Assembly (NCBI GenBank): GCA_018609945.1
Contig: JAHENO010000011.1
Location: forward strand, 1-63,137
Length of the DNA stretch: 63,137 bases
From: Haloarculaceae archaeon
GTDB lineage: Archaea; Halobacteriota; Halobacteria; Halobacteriales; Haloarculaceae
Direction: 5' to 3'
This document shows positions 17,340 to 27,641 of this stretch, in pieces. Under the pieces are notes generated by a model that did no database searches, was not told the DNA's origin, and saw nothing but the letters and a program-made list of their open reading frames with translations. Position numbers and translations under genes: made by a program. The first letter of the stretch is position 1. Each line of letters begins with the position of its first letter.

Positions 17340-17996
17340 TTACTGTTCCGGCCCAGGTCCGGCGGAGGCGTCGATTCCTGCCAGCGTCTCCGCGATCGCC
17401 GCCCGGTACGAGTCGGCGTCGTACCCCAACCGCGACAGCCAGACGTCCTGATACGAGGGGTGCAGCAGTGGCACCACCGTCGTGTCCAGGCCCGGACACG
17501 CGACGGTGGCCAGCACCGAGTCGAGGAAGCTCTCGATACGCTTGCCTTCGAGGGATAGCACTGATTTCGTGGCGTGCTTGCCCGTCGGGACCACAGCCCG
17601 AGGCCCGACCATCTCGATCTCCCGGCGGAGGTACGGCCGGCAGTCCGCCCGCTCCTCGGGCGTGGGTTCGCGGTTCGATCCCTCGCCGTCTGCAGGAAAA
17701 CACTTGACGGCGTTCGTGAAATAGCACGCGTCGGGACCGTAGCCGGCCTCGGCCAGCAGCTCGCGGATCCGGCGGCCGGAGTGGCGCGAGGTGTAGGCCA
17801 TCCCGGTCCAGTTGCCCCCGCGCCAGCGGTCGGCCCCGGGGTCGCCCGCGCCGGGCGCCTCGCCGACGACCACCAGGTCGGCGTCCAGCGGGCCGTTGCC
17901 CCACGAAATGTGCTCGCGGGCCTCGACCAGCGCGGGACAGCGCCGGCAGTCCTCGGCGAGGTCGTTCCGGGTGTCGGGGTCGGGAAACGCGGGCAT
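17340..17996 (-). CDS. Uracil-DNA glycosylase, family 4
   Basis: Real part of the 417-aa track ORF: MPAFPDPDTRNDLAEDCRRCPALVEAREHISWGNG...VVVGEAPG...FTNAVKC...HPS. Confidence 0.85.
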   Translation of the reverse strand: MPAFPDPDTRNDLAEDCRRCPALVEAREHISWGNGPLDADLVVVGEAPGAGDPGADRWRGGNWTGMAYTSRHSGRRIRELLAEAGYGPDACYFTNAVKCFPADGEGSNREPTPEERADCRPYLRREIEMVGPRAVVPTGKHATKSVLSLEGKRIESFLDSVLATVACPGLDTTVVPLLHPSYQDVWLSRLGYDADSYRAAIAETLAGIDASAGPGPEQ

Positions 17997-18084
17997 GGAC
18001 AGGGATGTCAGAACGCGGACACGGACCGTGGGGAGCAGCGTGCGGGCATGGCTGTGGGGATCGAAACGCGGCGGCCGCTCGCCT

Positions 18085-18618
18085 TCAGGACCCGGCGAGT
18101 TTGTCGGCGTGCTTTTCTTCCATTTTCTCCAGTTTCGGCGGAATCTGCATCCGGCAGTAGGGCTGGTTGGGGTGTTTGTCGTAGTAGTCCTGGTGTTTCT
18201 CCTCGGCCCGGTAGAAGGTATCGAGGGGTGCGACCTCGGTGACGATGCCGTCGTACTCGCCGGTCGTCTCCAGGTGGTCGATGTACGCCTCGACTGCCTG
18301 GCGTTGCTCCTCGTCGTGGTAGTAGACCGCCGAGCGGTACTGCGAACCCACGTCGGGGCCCTGGCGGTCCTCTGTCGTGGGGTCGTGGATGGTGAAGAAG
18401 ACCTCCAGCAACTCCTCGTAGGAGATCGCGTCGGGGTCGTAGGCCACCTGGACCACCTCGGCGTGGCCGGTCGTGCCCGCACAGACCTGCTGGTAGGTCG
18501 GGTCCTCGGTGTGGCCGCCGGCGTACCCGGAGACGGTCTCCTCGACGCCACGGACGCGTTCGAAGGCCGCCTCGACACACCAGAAACAGCCACCGCCGAA
18601 CGTCGCGTGTTCGGTCAT
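18085..18618 (-). CDS. msrA: Peptide-methionine (S)-S-oxide reductase
   Basis: MTEHATFGGGCFWCVEAAF...GYAGG...PTYQQVC.GTTGHAEVVQV. Confidence 0.95.
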   Translation of the reverse strand: MTEHATFGGGCFWCVEAAFERVRGVEETVSGYAGGHTEDPTYQQVCAGTTGHAEVVQVAYDPDAISYEELLEVFFTIHDPTTEDRQGPDVGSQYRSAVYYHDEEQRQAVEAYIDHLETTGEYDGIVTEVAPLDTFYRAEEKHQDYYDKHPNQPYCRMQIPPKLEKMEEKHADKLAGS

Positions 18619-18718
18619 GGATACGCATTGGGGACCGACGCGTATAGCCGCTGTGGAGTGACCGCCCGGCGGGCGGCCAATCGATTCTCCTTTAACGCCG
18701 GCACGGGATGAAACGGGT

Positions 18719-21700
18719 ATGAGCAGCAACGACGGGTCGGACCGCTTCGCGGCGGTCGACGACCAGTACGACCCCCACGAGGTCGAGGACCGCGTCTTCG
18801 ACTACTGGGACGCGGTCGACGCCTACGAGCGGACCGTCGAACACCGCGAGGGCAACGAGCGCTTCTACTTCCTCGATGGCCCGCCCTACACCTCGGGGTC
18901 GGCCCACATGGGCACGACCTGGAACAAGACGCTGAAGGACGCCTACATCCGCTATCACCGGATGCAGGGCTACGACGTCTACGACCGGCCGGGCTACGAC
19001 ATGCACGGCCTGCCAATCGAGACACGCGTCGAGGAACGACTGGGCTTCGAATCCAAGAAGGACATCCTCGAGTACGGCGAGGACAACTTCATCGAGGATT
19101 GCAAGGAGTTCGCCGACGAGCAACTTGAAGGCCTCCAGTCGGATTTTCAGGACTTCGGCGTCTGGATGGACTGGGACGACCCCTACAAGACGGTCGCTCC
19201 CGAGTACATGGAGGCCGCCTGGTGGGGATTCAAACAGGCTCACGAACGTGGCCTCGTCGAGAAAGGCCAGCGCGCGATCAACCAGTGTCCCCGGTGTGAG
19301 ACCGCCATCGCCAACAACGAGGTCGAACGCGAGGAGATCCCCGCCCCCTCCATCTACGTCCGCTTTCCCCTCTCCGACCGCGAGGGCTCGCTGGTCATCT
19401 GGACCACCACGCCCTGGACCATCGTCGCCAACACCTTCGTCGCCGTCGACGATGACCTCACCTACGTTGCCCTCGAAGGCGAAACAGACGGCGAGACCGA
19501 GCGGATCTACGTGGCCGAGCCGGTCGCCGGGGACGTCGCCGAGTGGGCCGGCTACGACGACTGGGAGGTAATCGAGGAACTCTCTGGCGCGGAGATGGTC
19601 GGCTGGGAATACGAGCATCCCCTCCAGGAGGAGGTGCCCGATTATCCGGATTTCGAGGGTGCAGGCGAGGTCTACACCGCCGACTACGTCGAGGCCGACC
19701 GGACGGGGCTGGTCCACTCCGCGCCGGGCCACGGCGAAGAGGACTTCGAGCGCGGCCAGGAACTCGGGCTCGAGGTGTTCTGTCCCGTCGGCAGCGACGG
19801 CGTCTTCACCGCCGAGGGCGGCGAGTACGAGGGCTACCAGGTCCGGGAGGCCGACGAGCACGTCATCGCCGACCTGGCGGAGAAGGGACTCCTGCTGGCG
19901 AGCGAGGAGGGCCACACGATCAACGAGGGACACTGCTGGCGGTGTGACACCGACATCGTCCGGATCGTCACCGACCAGTGGTTCATTACCGTCAGCGATG
20001 TCCGCGAGGACCTGCTGGAGAATATCGCCGACAGCGAGTGGCACCCCGCCGAGGCCCGCGACGAGCGCTTCTACAACTTCGTCGAGGACTCGCCCGACTG
20101 GAACGTCTCCCGCCAGCGCTACTGGGGGATTCCGATCCCCATCTGGACGCCCGAAGGGAGCGAGGGGAGCCTCGACCCCGAGGAGATGATCGTCGTCGGG
20201 ACCCGCGAGGAACTGGCCGAGCGCGTCGACCAGGACGTCGACCCCGAGGCGGTCGACCTCCACAAGCCGACGGTCGACGACCTCACCATCACCGAAGATG
20301 GGGTCACGTACGCGCGCGTCCCCGACGTCTTCGACGTGTGGCTGGACTCCTCGGTGGCGTCGTGGGGCACGCTCTCGTATCCCGCGGAGGAAGACGAATT
20401 CGAGGAGCTGTGGCCCGCGGACCTCATCATGGAGGCCCACGACCAGACCCGCGGGTGGTTCTGGTCGCAACTCGGGATGGGTACCGCCGCCCTGGACGAG
20501 ATTCCCTACGACGAGGTGTTGATGCACGGGCACGCGCTGATGCCCGACGGGCGGGCGATGTCCAAGTCGAAGGGCATCCTCGTCGACCCCAAGGAGGTCA
20601 TCGACCAGCACGGCACCGACCCGATGCGGCTGTTCCTGCTGTCGGTTTCGCCCCAGGGCGACGACATGCGCTTCTCCTGGGACGGCACCGAAAACATGCA
20701 GCGGGACCTGAACATCCTCTGGAACGTCTTCCGGTTCCCGCTGCCGTACATGCGCCTCGATGACTTCGATCCCGGAGAGACGACAGTCGGAGATGTCGAC
20801 CTCGAAACCGTCGACGAGTGGGTACTCTCGCGGCTCCAGGCCGTGGAGGGGGAGATGGCCGACCACTGGGACGACTTCCGCCAGGACCGCGCCCTGGAGG
20901 CGCTGCTGGAGTTCGTCGTCGAGGACGTCTCCCGCTTCTACATCCAGGTGGTCCGCGAGCGCATGTGGGAGGAAGAGGACAGCCCCTCGAAGCAGGCTGC
21001 CTACGCCACCTTCTATCACCTGCTTTCCGACGTGGTGGCGCTGTTGGCCCCCTATGCGCCCTTCGTCAGCGAGGAGATTTACGGGACGCTGACCGGCGAG
21101 GCCGGCCACCCGACAGTGCACATGTGCGATTATCCGGCAGCCGACGAGGCGATGCGCGACCCGCAACTTGAGGAGGATATCGCCGTCGTGCGGGCCGTCG
21201 AGGAGGCGGGCTCGAACGCCCGCCAGCAGGCCGAGCGGAAACTCCGCTGGCCCGTCCCCGAGGTCGTCGTCGACGTCCCCGACGAGCGCGTGGCTGCCGC
21301 CGTCGAGCGCCACCGCGACCTGGTAGCCGACCGGCTCAACGCCCGGGCGGTCGAGGTCGTCGGTCCCGCCGAGGGCGGGTGGGGCCAACTCCGCTACTCC
21401 GGCGAGGCGGACATGTCCGTCCTGGGTCCCGAACTGGGCGAGGACGCTGGCCCCGTGATGGGGGCGCTCAACGACGCCCGCGTCGACGAACCCACCCTCG
21501 ACGCGCTGGAAGCGGCCGTCGCCGAAGAAACCGGCATCGACGTCGATCTCACCGAGGAGATGGTCGAGTTCGTCACCGAGACCCCCGAGGGCGTCTCGGG
21601 CACAGAGTTCGAGGTGCTCGACAGCGCCGGCGTCGTCTACGTCGACACCTCGCTGACGGATGACATCGAGAGCGAGGGCTACGCCCGCGAGGTCATCCGC

Positions 21701-21940
21701 CGCGTCCAGGAGATGCGCAAGGACCTCGAACTCGACATCGAGGAGGAGATCCGCGTCGACCTCGCCATCGGAGACGACCGCGTGGCCGATCTGGTCCGCG
21801 ACCGCGAGGACCTCATCGCACAGGAGGTCCGCGCCGCCGAGTTCGAGACCGTCGAGGACGGCCACCGCCGGACCTGGACGGTTGAGGGCGTCGAGGTCGA
21901 AATCGCCATCGAACCCCGCGAGCGCAGCGCCGCGGCGTGA
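18719..21940 (+). CDS. ileS: Isoleucine--tRNA ligase
   Basis: 1073 aa. PPYTSGSAHMGT (HIGH-type) and KMSKSKG (KMSKS). Has a class Ia editing domain. Confidence 0.98.
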   Translation: MSSNDGSDRFAAVDDQYDPHEVEDRVFDYWDAVDAYERTVEHREGNERFYFLDGPPYTSGSAHMGTTWNKTLKDAYIRYHRMQGYDVYDRPGYDMHGLPIETRVEERLGFESKKDILEYGEDNFIEDCKEFADEQLEGLQSDFQDFGVWMDWDDPYKTVAPEYMEAAWWGFKQAHERGLVEKGQRAINQCPRCETAIANNEVEREEIPAPSIYVRFPLSDREGSLVIWTTTPWTIVANTFVAVDDDLTYVALEGETDGETERIYVAEPVAGDVAEWAGYDDWEVIEELSGAEMVGWEYEHPLQEEVPDYPDFEGAGEVYTADYVEADRTGLVHSAPGHGEEDFERGQELGLEVFCPVGSDGVFTAEGGEYEGYQVREADEHVIADLAEKGLLLASEEGHTINEGHCWRCDTDIVRIVTDQWFITVSDVREDLLENIADSEWHPAEARDERFYNFVEDSPDWNVSRQRYWGIPIPIWTPEGSEGSLDPEEMIVVGTREELAERVDQDVDPEAVDLHKPTVDDLTITEDGVTYARVPDVFDVWLDSSVASWGTLSYPAEEDEFEELWPADLIMEAHDQTRGWFWSQLGMGTAALDEIPYDEVLMHGHALMPDGRAMSKSKGILVDPKEVIDQHGTDPMRLFLLSVSPQGDDMRFSWDGTENMQRDLNILWNVFRFPLPYMRLDDFDPGETTVGDVDLETVDEWVLSRLQAVEGEMADHWDDFRQDRALEALLEFVVEDVSRFYIQVVRERMWEEEDSPSKQAAYATFYHLLSDVVALLAPYAPFVSEEIYGTLTGEAGHPTVHMCDYPAADEAMRDPQLEEDIAVVRAVEEAGSNARQQAERKLRWPVPEVVVDVPDERVAAAVERHRDLVADRLNARAVEVVGPAEGGWGQLRYSGEADMSVLGPELGEDAGPVMGALNDARVDEPTLDALEAAVAEETGIDVDLTEEMVEFVTETPEGVSGTEFEVLDSAGVVYVDTSLTDDIESEGYAREVIRRVQEMRKDLELDIEEEIRVDLAIGDDRVADLVRDREDLIAQEVRAAEFETVEDGHRRTWTVEGVEVEIAIEPRERSAAA

Positions 21941-22059
21941 CCCGCTCTGTGCGATATCAGTCGCTTTCGAATACACATACAATATTTTATTTTAAAATTA
22001 GTATTCAATCTACGTATTGTACATTGAATCAAACAAAATTATTATATCTGTTCTGTATA
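21941..22059. terminator. AT-rich convergent spacer with T-runs on both strands and a 7-bp hairpin (22003-22029)
   Basis: aatattttattttaaaatt sits on the plus strand after ileS. ataattttgtttg sits on the minus strand right after the TPP-enzyme stop. attcaat/attgaat form an inverted repeat. Confidence 0.45.
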
Positions 22060-23691
22060 TCAGTACGGTGGAAAACCTGGCCGGGAGACTTCGGGTATCG
22101 TGCGGATGTCGAGGACGAGCGGCGTGTCGGCGTCCCCGGCCAGGAACTCCTCGACTACATCGAGGTCGTCGACGGAGCGGACGACGCTCGCGCGGGCGCC
22201 CAGCCCCTCGGCGATATCGACGAACGAGGGGGACTCGTAGCTGGTCCCCGTCTCGCGGCCGAACTCGCGGCGCTGTCGGTGACGGATGATGCCGTAGCCC
22301 CGGTCGTTGAGGACGGCGACGACGACCGGCAGGCCCAGGCGGACGCCGGTTTCGATCTCCTGGACGACCTGCAACAGCCCCCCGTCGCCGGTGTAACAGA
22401 CGACGGGCCGGTCCGGGTCCGCGACCGACGCGCCCAGCGCGGCGGGGAGGGCGTACCCCATCGCCCCGAAGTTCCCGCTGACGAGCAGCTGGCTCTCGCC
22501 CATCTCGTGGAAGACCGCCGGGAATCCGGTGTGGTTGCCCGAGCCGACGGCCACGAGCGCGTCGTCCGGAACCGCCTCGGAGAGGGCGACGGTCGCCGCC
22601 CGCGGGTCGACGAGGTCCGGGTGTGACTCGAACTCCCGCTCGCGCGGATCGGGTGCCGCGTCGATGGCTTCCCGGACGGTCCGGGCCCGTCCCGGGTCGG
22701 CGCCGACGCGGTCGGTCAGTGCCTCGACCGTGGCACGCGCGTCGCCGACGAGGGCGACATCCGGTTCGCGGTGGGTGCCGACGGCCGCCGGGTCGATGTC
22801 GACCTGCACCACGGTGGCGTCCGCGAACAGTTCGCCGTAGCGGGTGGTCTTGCCCGACAGCTGTGCGCCCACCGCGAGGAGTGCGTCGGCGTCCCACAGG
22901 AGCGCGTCGCTGGCCGGCGACATGAACGTCCCGGCAATCCCCGAGACCATCGGGTGCGCGTCGGGCAGGACGCCGCGGCCGAAGTACGTCGTCGCGATGG
23001 GCGCCCCGACGTGCTCGGCGAACGCCGCGAGCGCGTTGCCGGCCGCCGATTGCCGCGCGCCCCCGCCGGCCAGGATGGCAGGCCGGTCGGCTGCCGCGAG
23101 GCAATCCGCGGCTGCTGCTAGCCTCTCGGGGTCGGGCCGGACGCGCTGTGGCGCTCGCTGGGCGGGGCTGTACCTCTCGTCGGGCGCCGACCCGTGCTGG
23201 ATCTCCTGTGGCACCTCGACGAGTGCCGGCCGGGAGTGGGTTCGCGCCCGCTCGAAGACCCGCGAGAGTACTGCGGGCAGCGTCTCGGTCGCCTCGATTC
23301 GGGTCGCGTATCCCGAGATGGGCGAGGCGAAGGTCCGGTGGTCGAGATACTGGAGGGCGGTCTCCCGTCCCTCGATGGCCGTGTCGCCGACGAGCACGAC
23401 CAGCGGGACGTTGTCGCGGTCGGCACAGGCGATTCCCGTCGCGGCGTTGGTCGCGCCGGGGCCGTGGGTGACGGTACAGACCCCGACGCGGCCGGTGGTC
23501 CGGGCGTAGCCGCCGGCCATCGTGACCGCCGCCTGTTCGTGGCGCGCCTGCACGAACGCGGGCGGGGCGTCGGCCAGCCGGTCCAGCAGGTGGGCGTTGC
23601 CCTCGCCGATCAGCCCGAAGACCGTCGAGACGCCCTCGGCCACGAGCGCACGACAGAGGTAGTCGCTCCCCGTCTCGATGACGTCGTCCAT
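22060..23691 (-). CDS. Thiamine-pyrophosphate enzyme, acetolactate-synthase-like (copy 1)
   Basis: Trimmed to MDDVIETGSDYLCRALVAEGVSTVFGLIGEGN. Contains HEQAAVTMAGGYAR and the TPP motif GDGGLLQ...NN-like region. No ilvN or ilvC is adjacent. Confidence 0.85.
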   Translation of the reverse strand: MDDVIETGSDYLCRALVAEGVSTVFGLIGEGNAHLLDRLADAPPAFVQARHEQAAVTMAGGYARTTGRVGVCTVTHGPGATNAATGIACADRDNVPLVVLVGDTAIEGRETALQYLDHRTFASPISGYATRIEATETLPAVLSRVFERARTHSRPALVEVPQEIQHGSAPDERYSPAQRAPQRVRPDPERLAAAADCLAAADRPAILAGGGARQSAAGNALAAFAEHVGAPIATTYFGRGVLPDAHPMVSGIAGTFMSPASDALLWDADALLAVGAQLSGKTTRYGELFADATVVQVDIDPAAVGTHREPDVALVGDARATVEALTDRVGADPGRARTVREAIDAAPDPREREFESHPDLVDPRAATVALSEAVPDDALVAVGSGNHTGFPAVFHEMGESQLLVSGNFGAMGYALPAALGASVADPDRPVVCYTGDGGLLQVVQEIETGVRLGLPVVVAVLNDRGYGIIRHRQRREFGRETGTSYESPSFVDIAEGLGARASVVRSVDDLDVVEEFLAGDADTPLVLDIRTIPEVSRPGFPPY

Positions 23692-23784
23692 ACCTGTGTG
23701 TCGCCACTCGCGGCCATATGGGTTGGGGCCTCGAGGAGCCACCGTCACAGGCACCTTTTTGTGCGGGACCGCCCGACAGGGGGT

Positions 23785-25545
23785 ATGGTTTCCACCGGCG
23801 AGTTAGAGATATTTCGCCACTCGCTGAAGAGCGTCGTCGAGGAGATGGGCGTGACCCTCCAGCGGACGGCCTACTCGACGAACATCAAGATCCGGCGCGA
23901 CCACACCTGCGCACTGTTCGATTCTCGGCTCAGACACGTCGCACAGCACGACGTCGCACCCCAGCACATCGGCTCACTGGTCTCGGTCGTACCACGGAAC
24001 GTCCGGGCCCTCGAGTGGGACCTCGAACCGGGGGATGGTATCCTCATCAACGACCCCTACAGGGGTGCCGTCCACCTGCCCGACGTCATGCTCATCTCGC
24101 CGGTGTTCCACGAGGACGAAATCGTCGGCTACGCGGCCAACTCCGCCCACCACGTCGACATCGGCGGCGGCACGCCGGGAGGCATCCCCAACGACTCTAC
24201 CGAACTGTACGCCGAGGGGATCGTGATCCCGGGCGTCCACGCCGTCGAGGACTGGGAGTACCAGGATCGCGTCCTCGAGTTCCTGTTGCGCAACGTCCGC
24301 GAACCGGAGATGCGCCGCGGCGACTACCGCGCACAGCTCGGCGCCAACCGCACCGGTCAGAAGCGGTACGCGGCCCTCTGTGACCGTTACGGCGCGGGAG
24401 CCGTCGCGGACTATCTCGACGAACTGCTCGACTACACGGAGCGCCGGGTGCGGGCGGCCATCGAGGCGTTGCCCGACGGCCGGTACGAGGCGACCGACGA
24501 GATGGACGGCGACGGCGTCACCGACGATCCGGTGACACTCGCACTCGCCATCGAGGTCGACGGCACCGAGATCACGCTCGATTTCACGGGCACGGCCGAC
24601 CAGAACCGGGGGCCGCTCAACTGCACGCCGGCGATGGCGTTTGCGGGCGCGATGTCGGTCGTGATGGCCTTCATCGGCGGCGACCTGCCGAAAAACGACG
24701 GCTTCTACCGACCCTTCGAGACGGTCACGCCCGAGGGAACGATGGTGAACCCGACCGACAACGCGCCCGTCGCAGCCGGCTGGGAAATTGCGATGCGCGC
24801 AGGTGACCTCGTGGCCAAGGCCATGGCGGGGGCGGTCCCCGAGGAGACGGTCGCGGCCACGAAAGGCATCGTCTGCAACATCGCCTACGGCGGCGACGAC
24901 CCCCGCGACGACAGCCCGTACGTCTACTACGAGACCGTCGCCGGCGGGTACGGCGCCCGCGCGACCAAGGACGGGATGGACGCCGTCCAGACGCACTTCC
25001 AGAACACGGCCAACAGCCCCATCGAGGAACTGGAAGCGGAGATTCCCGTCTACGTCCGCGAGTACGGTCTCAGGGAGAATTCGGCGGGGGCCGGCCGCCA
25101 GCGGGGCGGCCTGGGCGTCCGCCGGGACTACGAGTTCTACGGCGACAACGCGACGTTCTCGCTGTTGACCGACCGGACGAAATCGGCACCCTGGGGCCTC
25201 TTTGGCGGCCACAGCGCCGGCCCGGCCGAGTTCGTCCGCGACCCCGACGGCGAGGCAACGGCGCTGTCCTCGAAGTCGACGACCGAACTGGACCCGGGCG
25301 AGGTCGTCAGCGTTCGGACGCCCGGTGGCGGCGGCTACGGCGATCCGCTCGAACGGGACCCGCAGGCGGTGCTCGAAGACGTCCGCAACGGCGTCTGTAG
25401 CCAGCGGCGGGCCCGCGAGGTCTACGGGGTCGTCGTTTCCGACGGCGAGGTGGACGAGGCGGCGACGCGCGAGCGTCGGCGGGAGATGGGGGACAGCCTG
25501 GAAGACCCGACCGCTGGCAGTGACGCCGAGGAGGGCACGCGATGA
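23785..25545 (+). CDS. hyuB: Hydantoinase B / oxoprolinase family protein
   Basis: Real part of the 783-aa track ORF: MVSTGELEIFRHSLKSVVEEMGVTLQRTAYSTNIKIRRDHTCALFD...NDPYRGAVHLPD. Confidence 0.9.
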   Translation: MVSTGELEIFRHSLKSVVEEMGVTLQRTAYSTNIKIRRDHTCALFDSRLRHVAQHDVAPQHIGSLVSVVPRNVRALEWDLEPGDGILINDPYRGAVHLPDVMLISPVFHEDEIVGYAANSAHHVDIGGGTPGGIPNDSTELYAEGIVIPGVHAVEDWEYQDRVLEFLLRNVREPEMRRGDYRAQLGANRTGQKRYAALCDRYGAGAVADYLDELLDYTERRVRAAIEALPDGRYEATDEMDGDGVTDDPVTLALAIEVDGTEITLDFTGTADQNRGPLNCTPAMAFAGAMSVVMAFIGGDLPKNDGFYRPFETVTPEGTMVNPTDNAPVAAGWEIAMRAGDLVAKAMAGAVPEETVAATKGIVCNIAYGGDDPRDDSPYVYYETVAGGYGARATKDGMDAVQTHFQNTANSPIEELEAEIPVYVREYGLRENSAGAGRQRGGLGVRRDYEFYGDNATFSLLTDRTKSAPWGLFGGHSAGPAEFVRDPDGEATALSSKSTTELDPGEVVSVRTPGGGGYGDPLERDPQAVLEDVRNGVCSQRRAREVYGVVVSDGEVDEAATRERRREMGDSLEDPTAGSDAEEGTR

Positions 25546-27569
25546 CGATCCGCATCGGCGTCGACACGGGCGGGACGTTCACCGACGTGGTCCTGTACGA
25601 CGAGGAAACGGGGCGGATCCACACCACCAAGACGCCCTCGACGCCGCCGGATTTCGACCGGGGGGTCCTCGACGGCATCGACGACATCCTCGCCGGGACG
25701 GACACCGACCCCGCCGAGGTGTCCTTCCTCAGCCACGGGACCACTGTGGGCACGAACGCGGTACTGGAGGGCGACATTCCCCCGCTGGGGCTGATTACCA
25801 ACGAGGGCTTGCGCGACGTGCTCGAGATCGGCGACCAGACCCGCCCCGAACTGTACGACCTGCAACAGGAGAAACAGCCGTCGCTGATTCCCCGCAGACG
25901 CCGGCTCGGCGTGCCCGGCCGGATGAGACACGACGGGACCGAACTCGACCCGCTGGACGAGGCGGCCGTCGAGGCTGCTATCGACGAACTGGCCGACCAG
26001 GGCGTCGACTCGGTCGTCGTCTCGATGCTGTTCTCCTATCTGAACGACGACCACGAGCGCCGCGTGGGCGAGTGCATCGAGGCCCACGAGGCCGACATCG
26101 AGTACGCGCTCTCCTCGGCGGTCTACCCCGAGACCCGCGAGTACGACCGGACCGTGACGACGGTGCTCAACGAGGCGGTCAAGCGCAACATCGCCGACTA
26201 TCTCGGCCGCCTTGAGGCGGGCGTCGTCGACCGCGGGGTCGATGTCCCGCTGAACGTGATGCACTCCGGGGGCGGCGTGTTCAGCCCCGGCCAGGCGACG
26301 CAGTTTGCGCTCCGGACCGTCCTCTCGGGGCCGGCAGCGGGTGCCGTCGCCGCCCGGGACGTGGCCACCGGCCTCGGGTTCGAGGACGCGATCGGGCTGG
26401 ACATGGGCGGGACCAGCGCCGACGTCAGCATCGTCGAGAACGGCGACATCGTCCGCTCGACGGAGGGCGAAATAAACGACCTGCCGATCAAGACGCCGCT
26501 GATCGACATCAACACGGTCGGTGCCGGCGGCGGCTCCATCGCCTGGGTCGACGAGGCCGGCGGCCTCCGCGTCGGCCCCAAGTCGGCGGGTGCCGACCCC
26601 GGTCCCCTCTGCTACGACCGCGGCGGGACCGAGCCGACGGTCACGGACGCGAACCTCCTGCTCGGTCGCATCCGCCCCGAGGCGTTCGTCGCCGGCGACA
26701 TGGACCTGGTCGTCGACCGAACGCGCGAGCGGTTCCGGGAGGCCGTGGCCGATCCACTCGACGAATCCGTCGAGGCGGCGGCGCTGTCGGTGCTGAAGGT
26801 GGCAAACGCCAAGATGGCCCGCGAAATCCGTCGCGTGACCGTCGAGCGCGGGCGCGACCCCGGCGAGTTCGTCCTCGTGGCTTTCGGGGGTGCCGGCCCG
26901 CTCCAGGCCGCGGCAGTCGCCGAGCAGATGGGCATCTCGTCGGTCATCCTCCCCCGCACGCCGGGCGTGCTCTCGGCGCGCGGCCTGCTGCTCGCGGACG
27001 TCAGGACCGACGAGTCCCGGGCCTACCGCGGCGACCGCCTCGACGCCGAGGCGATGGCCGAGGGCTACGCCACCCTGGAGGCGACACAGCGCGAGCGGTT
27101 CGCCGAGATGGGCTTCGACGCCGAAGAGGTCACCCTCCAGCGCGGGGCTGATATGCGCTACGTCGGGCAGTCCTACGAGCTGACGGTCGAGGTCGACACG
27201 CCACTCGACGAGGCGGCCGTGCGGACGGCAGTCGAACGATTCCACCGCGAACACGAGCGCATCTACGGCTACGCGATGGCCGACGAACCGGTTGAGGCCG
27301 TCACGCTGCGCGTGACCGGCGAGGTCCCCACGCCGCCGCTCCGTGACGAACCCGACGCGACCGAGGAGGCCGCCGACCGCGGGACACAGGACGTCTACTT
27401 CGAGGCGCAGGGCACCCGCGAGACGGCCGTCTACTGGCGACCCGCGCTCCCGGTCGACACGACCATCGAGGGGCCGCTCTTGCTCGAAGGGACCGGCAGC
27501 ACGGCCATCGTTCCCCCGGACGCCACCGCGACCGTCACCGACGACGGGTCGATCCTCGTCGAACGGTAG
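25542..27569 (+). CDS. hyuA: Hydantoinase A / oxoprolinase family protein (ATP-binding subunit)
   Basis: MTIRIGVDTGGTFTDVVL. ATGA overlap with hyuB. Confidence 0.9.
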   Translation: MTIRIGVDTGGTFTDVVLYDEETGRIHTTKTPSTPPDFDRGVLDGIDDILAGTDTDPAEVSFLSHGTTVGTNAVLEGDIPPLGLITNEGLRDVLEIGDQTRPELYDLQQEKQPSLIPRRRRLGVPGRMRHDGTELDPLDEAAVEAAIDELADQGVDSVVVSMLFSYLNDDHERRVGECIEAHEADIEYALSSAVYPETREYDRTVTTVLNEAVKRNIADYLGRLEAGVVDRGVDVPLNVMHSGGGVFSPGQATQFALRTVLSGPAAGAVAARDVATGLGFEDAIGLDMGGTSADVSIVENGDIVRSTEGEINDLPIKTPLIDINTVGAGGGSIAWVDEAGGLRVGPKSAGADPGPLCYDRGGTEPTVTDANLLLGRIRPEAFVAGDMDLVVDRTRERFREAVADPLDESVEAAALSVLKVANAKMAREIRRVTVERGRDPGEFVLVAFGGAGPLQAAAVAEQMGISSVILPRTPGVLSARGLLLADVRTDESRAYRGDRLDAEAMAEGYATLEATQRERFAEMGFDAEEVTLQRGADMRYVGQSYELTVEVDTPLDEAAVRTAVERFHREHERIYGYAMADEPVEAVTLRVTGEVPTPPLRDEPDATEEAADRGTQDVYFEAQGTRETAVYWRPALPVDTTIEGPLLLEGTGSTAIVPPDATATVTDDGSILVER

Positions 27570-27641
27570 GTATCGCGCGCCCCGGAGTGGCGAGGGTGAT
27601 GGAGTCGACACGCAACGTTATTACCCGGTAGCCCGAGGGGT

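Noticed and set aside
18692-21982. 1096-aa ORF antisense to the whole of ileS
   Set aside because: This is a typical high-GC shadow ORF. It is the exact antisense of a confidently identified gene, with a low-complexity Asp/Gly/Val/Leu/Arg-rich translation and no recognisable domain.
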